DNA of 63,925 nucleotides, filler included, from Cercozoa sp. M6MM (GCA_040357565.1; 14 parts of 14 records of this genome joined end to end with filler, not necessarily neighbours in it); one strand, 5' to 3'; shown: positions 38,783 through 50,164, counted from the whole stretch's first letter. Made by a program: numbers and translations. Notes: generated from the sequence alone by a model not told the origin.

Positions 38783-40333
38783 CCGCGCAGCGGCACGTTG
38801 CATGTTGGCGCTCTTGATGAGCGCCGTCACGTCGTCGCGATTGCTGCGATCTGACAGCAGCGGCCGCCCAGTGCGTCCCATGAAGTGCTACTCTCGGAGT
38901 ACAGGTGCAGGGGTAAAGGGGAGTAAATGGGAGTGGGGGATAATCTACTTGCTGCCGCTGCTGCACGTCAACGTGTTCGACGAATTCCTTCGGCAGTGCC
39001 AGTTTCACAACCGACTTTGCCGCTTCCTGCAATGGGGGAGAGGTAAAGGTGCATAAGAACTAAAGTGGGGAAAGGCGGTCTTGGTGTTAAAAGGGTTAAA
39101 AGTCAAAGAGGTTTAGGGAGTATTAGGGGTAAAGGAAGTAAGGGAGGTAAAAAGGGGTGAGAGTGGGCTACATTAAGCAACTGCAGCTGCGTCCGGTCGA
39201 TGATTTCGTACGGTTTCTGCGACTCGTCTGTTTGGACACAAGATTAAGGGTACAAACCGGACAGCGCTCCTGACGCGTCCTTAATTAAAACTATCAAAGT
39301 GGTACCGAGAGTGACTTCGCCGAACACAGTGTCCAGAAACTCGCTCGCGCCCATACTTGACGGTCTGGGTGAGCGAGGAGGGTAGGGGGTAAGGGTAGGG
39401 AGGAAAGGAAGTAAAGGGGGTAAAGGGGTAGGGTAAAGTGGAAGGGGTAAAGGGTAGGGTAAAGTGGAAGGGGTAAAGGGTAGAGGTAAACGGTAGGGAT
39501 AAATGGGGGTAAAACACTGCACCCATCGACAGTCTCGTAGAGTTCGCGAACAATGTCGAGACCCGTGGGTTCAGTGGTCTCTACACGGGGGGAAGGTAAA
39601 CGGCGGGGGTAAACAGGGGTAAACAGGAGGGGGGGGTAATACCAACAGGGTCCAGAACCAGCGTGTCGCGCAGGTTCTCCTTGTCCGACTCGGCCAGCAT
39701 AGACAGCGTCGACACCGCGTCCTTGTTCTCCTTGCAACTGCGGGGGAGGGTAAACAGAGGAGGGTAAACAGAGAGGGGTAAACAGGGGGAGGGGGTTAAC
39801 AGGGGGTAAAACTAACTGCTGCATCAGGAACTGCATCTTGACCGAGGCCGACAGTTTCTTTGCTTCCAGTATCTGCCGGGGTTACACGGAAGGGAGTAAA
39901 GGGTAAAGAGGGGTAAGGGGGTACAGATGTACCGGCATGCCGCGCCGCACACACTCCTGAAAGATCTCCTCGCTTCCCATCGTGTCCAACTTGATCTATC
40001 GGGGTAAAAATAGGGGGGTATAATGGGGAAGGAAAGGGTAAAAGAGGGGGTAAAAGTGGGTAGAGGGATAAATACCAGCGACAACGGCGGCAGTGTCGAC
40101 GGGTCCACCGACTCCTCCTCCGTGACCTTCACCTCGGCCGACGCCTCTTTCTCCGTCGACTCTTCCTTCGTCTTTCGCGTCGATCGTCTCTGCCACAGGG
40201 AGAGGGGTAAACAGAGGTAACAGGGGGGGGGGGGGCCACCCGGGGGGTAAACCTTGGGCGGCAGCTCCTGCAGCGAACCGCGGCTGCGACGAACGCTGCG
40301 ACGCGCTCGCTTCGCCGGCGGCTCCTTTGTACA
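38783..40333 (-). CDS. Hypothetical protein, internal fragment
   Basis: Short exons between C-rich introns (IKLDTMGSEEIFQECVRRGMP, EAAKSVVKLALPKEFVEHV and others). Confidence 0.5.
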
Positions 40334-40434
40334 ANNNNNNNNNNNNNNNNNNNNNNNNNNNNNNNNNNNNNNNNNNNNTTAATTAATTAANNNNNNNNNN
40401 NNNNNNNNNNNNNNNNNNNNNNNNNNNNNNNNNN

Positions 40435-40478
<44 letters not shown>

Positions 40479-40864
40479 GTGGGGTATGTCGTTGACACAG
40501 TGCGCGACAACGACGGCAACGTCTTGCAGGTATGCATGTGCAAGGAGAGAGTGTTTCGCCACGAACTGCTTATCGTTTCGTATGTGCGCGCAGTTTGTGT
40601 TCGATAACGACGGCCAAGATGTGCAGGAGGTAATCTTCTCTTAATCTGCGTACCTATGTCCTTTCCTCGCGGACACTTTGAGACTGATGGCAGATCAAAT
40701 TAACCTGCGAGGCTTGAACAACCGCTGCTAATCTTTTGCACCCCATGTTCTTAACGGTAAGGAACCCTGGGATGGCACTGAATCTTGGCTTTGGGCTTGG
40801 CAAAAGGAAGTCGCTTTCAGATTCAGTCGAAAAATGCCCATAAACTGCATTGTTTTCTGCAGGA

Positions 40865-41704
40865 ATGAGGCAAAGGTCTGTTTTTCGTCAATGGACTCTC
40901 AACAAACTGGCCAATGTTGGGCACCAAGAAGAGCCAGCTGGCCACATAAACACACAACCCACTGAGGTTGCGGTGCTTTTCGTCGTCGCAACACTTGTGC
41001 TGGGTGCGCTGGTGAGGACTTGCCTCTCGTCGTCGAAGAAGTTTAAAATGCTTCCGTACACGGTAGTTCTGCTCGTCTGCGGCATGTTGGCCGGTGTCAT
41101 ATCTGACGCTTTTCGCGGGGCCAGCGATAGCAAGGGTGCTGTCAGGCTTGCCGAATCCTTCGACCCGCATCTGCTGTTATATATCTTCATTCCTGCGCTC
41201 ATCTTCGAGTCGAGTTTTGCGACGAGCTTCCATGTTTTACGTCGCGAGTTCGGGTCGGCGGTGATACTCGCAGGCCCTGGTGTCCTCGTGAACTCGGTCC
41301 TGACAGCAGCATTGTTTTCAACCTTCTCATATGGCTGGTCGTGGTCGGAAGCCTGGCTTGCCGCTGCGATCATTTCTGCTACTGATCCCGTGGCAGTAGT
41401 CGCCTTGCTTCGAGAACTCGGAGCGTCCAAGCGACTTGCAACTCTAATCGAAGCAGAAAGCTTGCTTAACGACGGAATCGCGTTTGTGCTCTATACGATT
41501 CTTCTTGAAATCGTCACTGGGCGTGAAGGTGCGTCGTTCGGCACTGTTGTCGGCACCTTTTGTCAGCTGACCATTGGGGGTGTCTCACTCGGCATAACCC
41601 TGGGGTTGTTGACTGTCTACTGGCTAATTCACGTTTTCAGCAACTTTGCGGTGGAAACCGTTATCACGTTGTCGGCAGCGTACGCCGCTTTTTACCTCGC
41701 TGAG

Positions 41705-41750
<46 letters not shown>

Positions 41751-44700
41751 ACACGCACACGCATACGCACACGCACACACCACACACCACACACAAAATC
41801 GTGTTCATCCGTGCTGGTTGGCGCTGCTCAGGGCAGCGGCCTTGGTGTCAGTGGCATCCTTTCCGTTGTCTTGTTGGGTTTGGTTGTGTCTCGGTACAAG
41901 TCGGCTATCTCGCCTAGTATCGAAGGTGACGTGCACTCGTTCTGGGAGATGGTTTCATACATCGCCAACACCGTGATCTTTGTGATCTCGGGTGTCATCA
42001 TTGAAAGCAAGATATTCACCGCCGACATCACTGGCACGGACGCCGGTCTCCTCGTGTTGCTGTATCTTGGTATTCACGTAGCACGTGCGATTACAATCGC
42101 GCTGTTCTACCCGATGTTGAAGCGAATCGGCTACGGCATCGAGTGGCGAGAAGCAACGGTTCTGACGGCAGGCGGGTTGCGTGGTGCCATCAGTTTAGCG
42201 CTTGCTCTGCTCACTGAGGGCGAAACGAGTCTCGAGCAAACCTACCGAAACAAGGTCGTGTTTCACGTGAGCGGCATCGTGTGTCTAACGCTGCTGCTGA
42301 ATGGAATCGGCATTCGTCAGGTACTCGCGAAACTGGGAATGACGAGAATGAAGACTGAAAGTGTCGTCGTGTTTCGGCAAGCAATGCACCACCTTCGCAA
42401 CGAAAGTCAAGCCTTGCTAAGCACTCTTGTCAGTGACAAGTACTACTCGGGTGCCAAGTGGGACCAAGTTCGCAAGGCGCTGCCTTGCTACGCCGATGTG
42501 TGCTTGAAGCTTGCCCCTGTCCAAAGAAGAAGGATCGAACAGGTCGCTGGTATGTCGCTGGACGAACGCTCGCAGGCAGTGCGAACCTTGCGTCGCACAA
42601 TGACGCGTCGCTTGTCGGCTGACACGATGGCTTCGCTTGGTCTTACTCCAGAGACTGTGTCAAGACTAGCCGACGCGTACCGCTCGCACCGTTCGCGGTC
42701 CAAGTCTCGAAGGTCCAAGTCGCTTGCTTCGAAAAGCACCGCCGAAAGTGAACTTCTGCAACCAAACGAACAGTTGCTACTGTACGAAGTCGTACAGCGC
42801 TTTCTGTCGTCCATGAAGGCGAGTTATTTCCAGCAGTATGAGGAAGGTGTTGTGACGAGACGAGCTTTCGACGCTTTGGTGGAAGCAGCAGACACGGCTC
42901 TCGACGAGAACTCATTGGAAAGAAACCTTGAGGTCCTGAGACCACACGTGCGAGCTCCACGGTGGCTCAAAGCGATGTATACGACTTCGTTCGCTCCGTT
43001 GCGGGCCGTTTCGCACGTACTTCTCACGGCGCGTCTGCTGTACGCTGTAGAGCTGATCATTGCTTTCTTGCAAGCGTCAGAGAGATTGTCGCAGTTGATT
43101 GAAACCGTGCCAGAGCTGAGTGACTTGCCACAAGTGAAGAGTGCACTGTCGGCACAGCACCGAGTGGAAGCGTCGGCCCGAGAGGCGTGGTTGGATATCC
43201 AATCGTCCTTCCCGGAGATCTACGTGGAGATTCAGACCCAGCACGCTATATCGTTGATTTTGCACGCGGAGAAGCACACGATCAGCGAACTGGCGGCACT
43301 GGGCGTGCTGGAAGAAGGCGAGGCAAAAACCATGGATGAGACAGTTCGCGAGCGTCTGCATTCTCAACAACGCCAAAGCGTGAGTGTTTTTGAAGGAAAC
43401 GCCCAGGCATGCAGAGTGATGCTAAAAAAGTGCTTGAATCCCGAACTGGATCTCATCGAAGCTGGCGAATCGGTGCGAATTCTTGAAGAGTTAGCGTGGG
43501 TCGCTGCCATGTCGGAAGATGAGAAAAAGAAACTACGAAATGCAACGACGAGACTTTTGTTCTCGAAGCACGAAGTTTTGTTTCGCGTAGGTGAGCAGCC
43601 CGATGGAATTCTCTTGTTGGTGCGAGGTGTCACCTCCCACATCAAGCACAACCAACCCTTGGACACGCAGGGACGTGGCGCGGTGCTCGCCATGTGGGGG
43701 TTTCTCACCGAACAGCCTCAGATGAGTGAAGTGCGCGCACGCACGTTGGTTGAGGCTCTCTTCATTAGCGGTCGGGTGTTGCGACACCTGAAGAGACACA
43801 ACGATACGGTTGCAGGTGAGATGTGGCGGGCTGCGGGTGCCGACCTGATGAAGGTTTTCTTTGCCGGTCAGTTTCCTGGCCACAACGCGCTCTCACTCGG
43901 ACGTTTGTGCATCGATGCCGACGTTTGCACTCTGCAACCAGGCGAACAAATTATTTTGGAGCGCGTGGCGTTGCTGCTGGAAGGCGCGATCGATGTGGAA
44001 GTCGCGAGTCCCGTGGCAGGCCTCGAGGGTCTCGCGCAGTCGGCAACGCGAGCCATCAAGCACCGCATCCACGCACCTGCAATCCTGTTGCCTTCGTCCA
44101 CGCCGTACTATGCGCCAGTGCGACACATTCCCACCATAGGAGAACTCGGACGGCAAGGCAGTGACATGCTCACGGTGCCAGAAAACTCCCAGAGTGGCAA
44201 TTCTTCTACCCACGCGACCTCAGTGTCCTCAATTGCTCCCGAGGTGGACGAAGAAACTGCTTTGGTGCTGGAAACGGGCATGCCATCATCAACAGCGTCC
44301 ACGCAGCAAGAGCGTGTTGATACCCGGCACGCCCGAGAACCAAGCATTTCGGTGGTGGATCGACGAGTGCGTCGCAATGTGCACTCGCACAAGGTGGCGC
44401 ACGTGCATAAAGCGGCAAGGTCAAAACCGCGGCAAGACGCAGGTGTCACAACGCGACGACACGATTTGCATCAGTGCACGTCACAGTTAGGCATCACTCG
44501 ATCTGAGGAGTCGAGCGAAGAAGCGAGTGTTGCGTCGTCTTTCTCGGTGTCAGTGCTGTCGGCGCCTGCGCACATCGGCGGTGCGCTAGAGGAGGCGTCT
44601 AGTTCGCCCTCGGTGAATCGCGTACGTCGCCAGATGAGTGCGATAGAGTCGAACAAACTGGCCACGGAGACGTCAGGTCGAGATTCAAGAGGCTTGGAAA

Positions 44701-46203
44701 AACCGTTCAGCTTCATTGTGCCACTTCAACAACGCGACTCGATAACCAGAGCTCCGGCTGAGAGAACCGCGATGCTGGAGAAACTAAAGCCGCCAGTTTT
44801 GCTCATTTTCCAGACGACATCACTCACTCGAGAACGTGCTCGTATTCGGCACCCTCCGATGGGTGCAGGCGTCTTCAACGCCACCGGTCGACGTGGTTCG
44901 GTCCTCACGGGCCCCGAAGCGGAGCCTAGGCCCCGAGCTGGATCAGTCGGCGTTGTCTCTACTCCTTCGGTCTTGGAATCCGCCGGGGAGCGACTTGACC
45001 TGGAGGCACGGGTACCATCGTTACCAGAGGAGCGCTTTCCTCCGCCTTCACCCCCGTTCCCATCTTCACCTTCATCTCCGTCTCTCCGTGTTCCTTTCTT
45101 ACGTCGCTTGTCGAACGCGGTTTCCAATCGCATGCGACGCACCGGCGAAATACCACTGAGGGTGCTCGAATTTGATTCCTCTGCAGCTTCTTCTCTTGGG
45201 TTTTAACGTTGCTTGTGTGCAGAAAGCAGAGCCAGTTGGTCGCTTTGGTCTGAGCGACAAGGAACTGGCGCACTCGGAACTTGAGATAGCCCTCAGAAAA
45301 CGAGCACTCCACAATTTGCTCACACGTCGACAGACTCTGGCAGCCACTACGGGAGATTTTGCTGACGAGTCGACGATTGCCGCTCGGTCGGCTGAGTCGG
45401 CTGAACTGCGACGTGGCACCATTGCTGACCTCACCTCACAGCAACTCGGACTGGCCTGGGACATGCCAAGACGTCGCTCGTCTGTTATCCTGCCACGTTC
45501 GGTGCCACGTGTAATTTCCAGTGACTCTTAACACGCCTACGGTCTGTTTACACTCTTGATTTTGGAATGCAGGACGAAGGAGCGTCAAGTTACGTCTCGT
45601 CGTCGTTCCAATACCCGACAATGCCGGTACATGGATCTTTCAAATAGTTTGAAACGTGCTGTTCCTTTGATATTCGAGTTGTTTGACGAAGCCACTGACG
45701 CCCCGATCGAGATCACCCTCGCTGCAGCGCCAGTCACCACTAGAACGCGTGCGACCGAGCACACCGAGCGAATTGGCGCGCTCCCTATCGGTGCGGACAC
45801 CTGTGCCTCCAACGTCACCGCAGCTAACCGCGCAGCGCAGTATGCGTGGCACATCAATCTGCTCGACCCGTTTCGATGACGCTCGTCGTGCTTCCTTAGG
45901 TATTTTATTCCAACACCGTCCTCTAAACTTACAAGTAGGTTTTCTTTTCGGTATCGGTACAACAAATGCGCAGATCGCATGACGTCGCGGGTAACACAGA
46001 GAAGAATGCTTCCACAGCGAAAAAGGCAGAAACGTCGCACTGTCAGTGATATCTTCGACATGCCTCGTCGCACCGCAAGACGTGGCAGTGCAGAAGGGAC
46101 CGTGTCAGACAACCAGAGTGCTCTTGCGCGTGTTGACGCAGAACTCAACGACCTCGATATCGGTTCAAGCAGCAATGAGCGTGGCCGAAACGTGGCGTCA
46201 TAG
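40865..46203 (+). CDS. SOS1/NHX7-like CPA1 Na+/H+ antiporter with cyclic-nucleotide-binding-like domain and long Ser/Arg-rich tail
   Basis: FIPALIFES, ATDPVAVVALL, IEAESLLNDG, GVSGIL, FWEMVSYIAN and GGLRGAISLALAL; CNBD-like LFRVGEQPDGILLLVRG. Intron 41705-41831; further small 3' exons to TAG 46203 are inferred. Confidence 0.9.
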
Positions 46204-46213
46204 TGAAAAAGGA

Positions 46214-46286
46214 GCAGTCTTACAGGTTTCGATCCCGCTACCTTGTCATGACTAATGACGTGCTCTGTCAATTGAGCTAAAGAGGC
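46214..46286 (-). pseudogene. Degenerate tRNA-Thr(AGT)-like sequence
   Basis: GCCTCTT-TA-GCTC..GAGC, anticodon arm GTCA-TT-AGT-CA-TGAC, T arm GCGGG-ATCGAAA-CCTGT, then T5. The acceptor stem is broken and the D-loop lacks GG. Confidence 0.6.
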
Positions 46287-46395
46287 CAGCAGTGAGCACT
46301 TGGCGCTACAGTAGCCCACGGCATATGACAGAAGGCTGGACTGCTGTCGTGCGCAGACTGCGTTGAACTGAATTCGAAGCTGAAACAAAATTAAC

Positions 46396-46470
46396 ACTCT
46401 GTGTACACAATTGCACTACACCTGCACTACACCTGCACAACAGTTGCACAATACTCGCACACACAATTCA
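46396..46470. repeat. TGCAC(T/A)ACA repeat block (left outer)
   Basis: Tandem TGCACTACACC copies; 46434-46450 is the exact reverse complement of 49541-49557. Confidence 0.75.
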
Positions 46471-46751
46471 TGCGACTTTCAGTGACTTGGGTACTGTAAG
46501 TTGGCCCATGGACTGCGTTGCCAATGCAGCTTTGCGGAGCGAACTAGAGGCATATCCCACCACAGAAAACAATTAGTGAAGAACAACCTACATTATCTTA
46601 CACTCACAACCTGTGGTGAAATGGACAATCTCTGATTTTTTTTTGGTTTCTTTACCCCCTTTACCCCCCTTTACCCCCTTGCCCCCGGGTGGCCCGTTGC
46701 CCCCTTTACCCCCCCCCTGCTTTACCCCTTTTTTGCTACCCCTTACCCCAG

Positions 46752-46808
46752 GCGCTGCCGGACCTGATGCATGCCTACTTTGGTTTGGCTGGACTGTCAC
46801 TCATGCAA
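46752..46808 (+). pseudogene. Orphan exon resembling the C-terminal repeat of geranylgeranyltransferase-I beta
   Basis: After a C-rich intron end (..TTACCCCAG) it reads ALPDLMHAYFGLAGLSLMQ, similar to the PGGT1B-type PDxxHAYFGxxGLSL motif. No other exons of that gene are nearby. Confidence 0.65.
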
Positions 46809-46809
46809 C

Positions 46810-46886
46810 TTGCACAACACTTACTTGCACAACACTTACTTGCACAACACTTACTTGCACAGCACGTACACACTTAGTTTACACAA
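46810..46886. repeat. (TTGCACAACACTTAC)x3.4 array plus TAGTTTACACAA
   Basis: Exact 15-bp tandem repeat; inverted copies at 49619-49633, 49666-49679 and 49522-49533. Confidence 0.85.
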
Positions 46887-47052
46887 GACACTAAACTGGG
46901 CAGATGCACCAGTTTCCACAATCACATCTGCAAAAATTTCTTCGATCTCAGCGCTAAAGAAGCACTACCCGGGCACGCCGAGTCTGCGCGGACGTCATAA
47001 CCAACTATACCAATCTTGCTTGGTACACTGGCATGCGCACACAGACAGTGAG

Positions 47053-47125
47053 GCCGGTTTAGCTCAGATGTTAGAGCGCACGGCTTTTAACCGTGTGGTT
47101 GGGAGTTCGAGTCTCCCAGCGGGCG
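47053..47125 (+). tRNA. tRNA-Lys(TTT), slightly degenerate (possible pseudogene)
   Basis: 73-nt cloverleaf: GCTC/GAGC D stem, CACGG-CT-TTT-AA-CCGTG, GGGAG-TTCGAGT-CTCCC. One G-G mismatch in the acceptor stem; D-loop lacks GG. Confidence 0.8.
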
Positions 47126-47243
47126 CACGTCGGTCGTTCGGACTCCACGTCGGCACGCCGCGGTCGCTCGGACTTATCTTCTCAACTCTCAAGCGAGCCG
47201 CTTAGTTCAGTGTCTGTACGAACTGAAGGCTGGGGAGTGTTTG

Positions 47244-49487
47244 ATGTCAGGACGAAGCAATTCCCGTGAGCGGCGCGAGCCTCCCGAAAATAACAGGCCG
47301 CGAAAGTTCGTCGCTGTGCCGCGGGTAATCGCCAAGGACACACTTCGCCGACTCCTTGAGGGCGAGAAGGAGAAAGTCGCGCTTCTCACCGAAAAGCTAG
47401 ACCAACTCAAGGTCGACAAGCGTGTCCTGCAGCTTCGAAGCGACAGTTTCGCTCAGCAGCTAATGGACTGCCAGACGGAACGGAAGACGTTGTCAGACGA
47501 GTTGCAAGCGACTGCGGCTGAAGTTAAACATCTCCGAGAGGTCGTGGCTCGCTTGCAGGACTGTGAACTGCCGCTACCCGAAACTTCGGAGGAACTGGAG
47601 GTACTTTAGCAGCAACTGGATTATATTTTCCCGTCTCCGTGTAAGTATGGGTAAATACAATGCTCAGATTGAGCCTGAGCCTGAGCCTGAGCCTGAGCTG
47701 GAACCTGAAGCTGATGAGCGGTTTGAGGCCAAGAAGTGCGTTGAGGAGCTGCTCACATGCCAGTCCTTCAAAGAGTTCTACGAGAAGTTGACAAGTGCTT
47801 TGGACGAGCAATGGTTGTGGCACAGCGCCTACGAAGCAGACTTGCGCCTCTTAGAGCAACTGAAAGACGGCGATGCCTCTGTGCATTCTGACTACGTGTT
47901 GCGCCCCGCGTCGTACCGACTGACAGAGTTACGTACCAAGATCCTGTGCGAACTGCTGGGTGTAGACGTGCAGATTCCGATAGACTTTGCTTATGTAAGT
48001 GTTTTTTGAACTAAACTCTCACAAGTCGCTTATCATACTACTTGTGTGTACTTCAAATGTCCGCAGGGTCGTGCTACGCCCGAGCGCGCCAGCAAGTCCT
48101 CTGATGACGACAACGTGTCCCGGTTCGTAGAAATTTCGATTGAAGACGCACTGGAACGATTGATTGAACTCTGGGAAAAACTCGAGTTGGCGCCTCCGGA
48201 GGCCAAGGTAGTGGAACCGTCCGTTTTACCTCCCCCCACGCAAACCCTCATTCCTCTTTACTGTCGCCCATCAACTTCCCCCCTTTGTACCTCGGTTCCT
48301 ACACTTTACCCCCATCGCCCCCTTGTAGGAAGGCGAACAGAAAAGGAAGAAAGGTGTTGTGGGTGTGCTGCGCCTAAGTCCAGACTGTTGGAAACAGGAC
48401 AGAATCAAGACTCCAGACACCGGTAATTTTAGTGCTTTCCTGTCCGTTAACTTATTTATATTATATTTAATTAACTGAGATGCAGAGAGCGAAGGCAGTG
48501 TCCCGGTGCGCTCGCAGTTTGAGGACGACAGCCCGGCAATTGAAGAATTCGCCCGGCACGTGTGTCTCGCACTCGAGACCATTCTCGAAGCACCTCCGCG
48601 ATCAAAGGAAGAATGTGGCCAGCTCGTGATGTTCCTGGCGGTGGGCGTCAGTGGCTGGTGGCGAGCAAGCGGGTGGAACGCTGCCATCACAAAGCAACTG
48701 GTGACGCTTGCCACAACCGAAGCAGTCCAGCGTCAGTACGGTCTGTACTTGGCGCGACTCAATCGCATCGGGCGCTCGCCAGGTAAAAATGTATGAATTC
48801 AGTGGCCTTTGATTAATGAGTATTGTGTCGGTATGACTCCCTCTAGAGCTTGTCCTGCACGGCGTGAACTGCCTGCATCAAGTGTACGATGCTGGCCTTC
48901 CTGTGCTGGAGTACATCCAGCAGGCCAACACAGTCGCTCCTTTGCTCTGGGAGCACGTGCCAGATGCATGCCAGGTCGTGCTCGTGCAGGGTGACTCCCA
49001 TCGATGCGAGTACGAGCGTCTCAAGCAGGTGGACGCCATGCTTGCAAAGCGTGGCATCAAAACGGTCTCGACATGCAAATACGGCTGTGGCTTCAAGTTG
49101 GAGCATGCCTACTCGATGTTCGAGCACAAGTTCAGCTGCGCACTCGCCCCGAAGATCTATTGTGACTGGCTTTGCGGCACCCAGTTTAAGTCCTCGAACG
49201 CCATGAGCAAGCACAAGTTCGGCTGCAAGAACCGTCCGCCAGTGCTTTGCGTGCATGGGTGTGGATACGCGTACAAGTCGGTGCCCGACAAGTTCGACCA
49301 CAAATTCAAATGCAACAACCTCGAGCGTGTCCTGTGCGAGGCCGGATGCGGCCACACTTACGAGTCGAAAAATGACGTGTTCGACCACAAGTTCAAGTGC
49401 AAAAACCGCCCGCGAGAGCGCTGCGAGCGGTGCAAGCACGAGTACACGTCGAGAGGCAACAGATACTCTCACACGTGCGAAGACTGA
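47244..49487 (+). CDS. Coiled-coil protein with C-terminal tandem CCHC zinc fingers (5 introns)
   Basis: N-terminal heptad-rich segment, (EP)n tract, four 29-aa repeats C-x3-C-x12-H-x3-C and a fifth variant; exons join in frame at GT-AG sites. Confidence 0.75.
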
Positions 49488-49519
49488 ATTTATTAATAAA
49501 TCTTAGTGAAGACAACAAC

Positions 49520-49680
49520 TGTTGTGTAAACTACAGTAAATGTGCAACTGTTGTGCAACTTTAGTGTAGTGCAGTGATTGTGAGAGTAAGTGTAGTGCAA
49601 CTGTGGTGTAAGTGTATTGTAAGTGTTGTGCAAGTGTTGTGGAATACACGTACATCTTTCGCTTGGTGCAAGTAAGTGTA
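49520..49680. repeat. Inverted copy of the TGCAC/ACACTTAC repeat family (right block)
   Basis: Contains TTGTGTAAACTA, TGTGCAACTGTTGTGCA, GTGTAGTGCA x2, GTAAGTGTTGTGCAA and GTGCAAGTAAGTGT. Confidence 0.8.
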
Positions 49681-50164
49681 AAAACGGACAACCTTCGCTT
49701 GACCAGGCGTATCGAGTGGGATAATACAGTTGATACTAATACAAGCAAGAAGCCTAGGTCTCCCTGGCTATCCATAGAGATCGCGTCAAATGGCCGAAGC
49801 GAAGGACGCGATCTCGTGAGTCCTCGCGGCGCACTCGCTCCTCTGCACTCATCTAATTGCAACACATGACGTGGATGCACAGGGCGAGGTCCTTAAATAC
49901 GTGCATATANNNNNNNNNNNNNNNNNNNNNNNNNNNNNNNNNNNNNNNNNNNNTTAATTAATTAANNNNNNNNNNNNNNNNNNNNNNNNNNNNNNNNNNN
50001 NNNNNNNNNAACCGTGAAATGCTGTCACCGCTGCGCCCCATGCTGTACTGTATCTACGCCCTGCTGTCCTAGATCTCCTGTCGCTCCTCAATGCGATGCA
50101 CCACGAAGAACTAAGGGAAACGGAAAAGAACATGGGTAGCTCATGGACGATTATCTTTTAGCAG

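Noticed and set aside
46410-49600. CACTA-type termini (CACTACAC / GTGTAGTG)
   Set aside because: They lie inside the repeat units and the flanking triplets are inverted, not direct, so no 3-bp TSD; superfamily not assignable.
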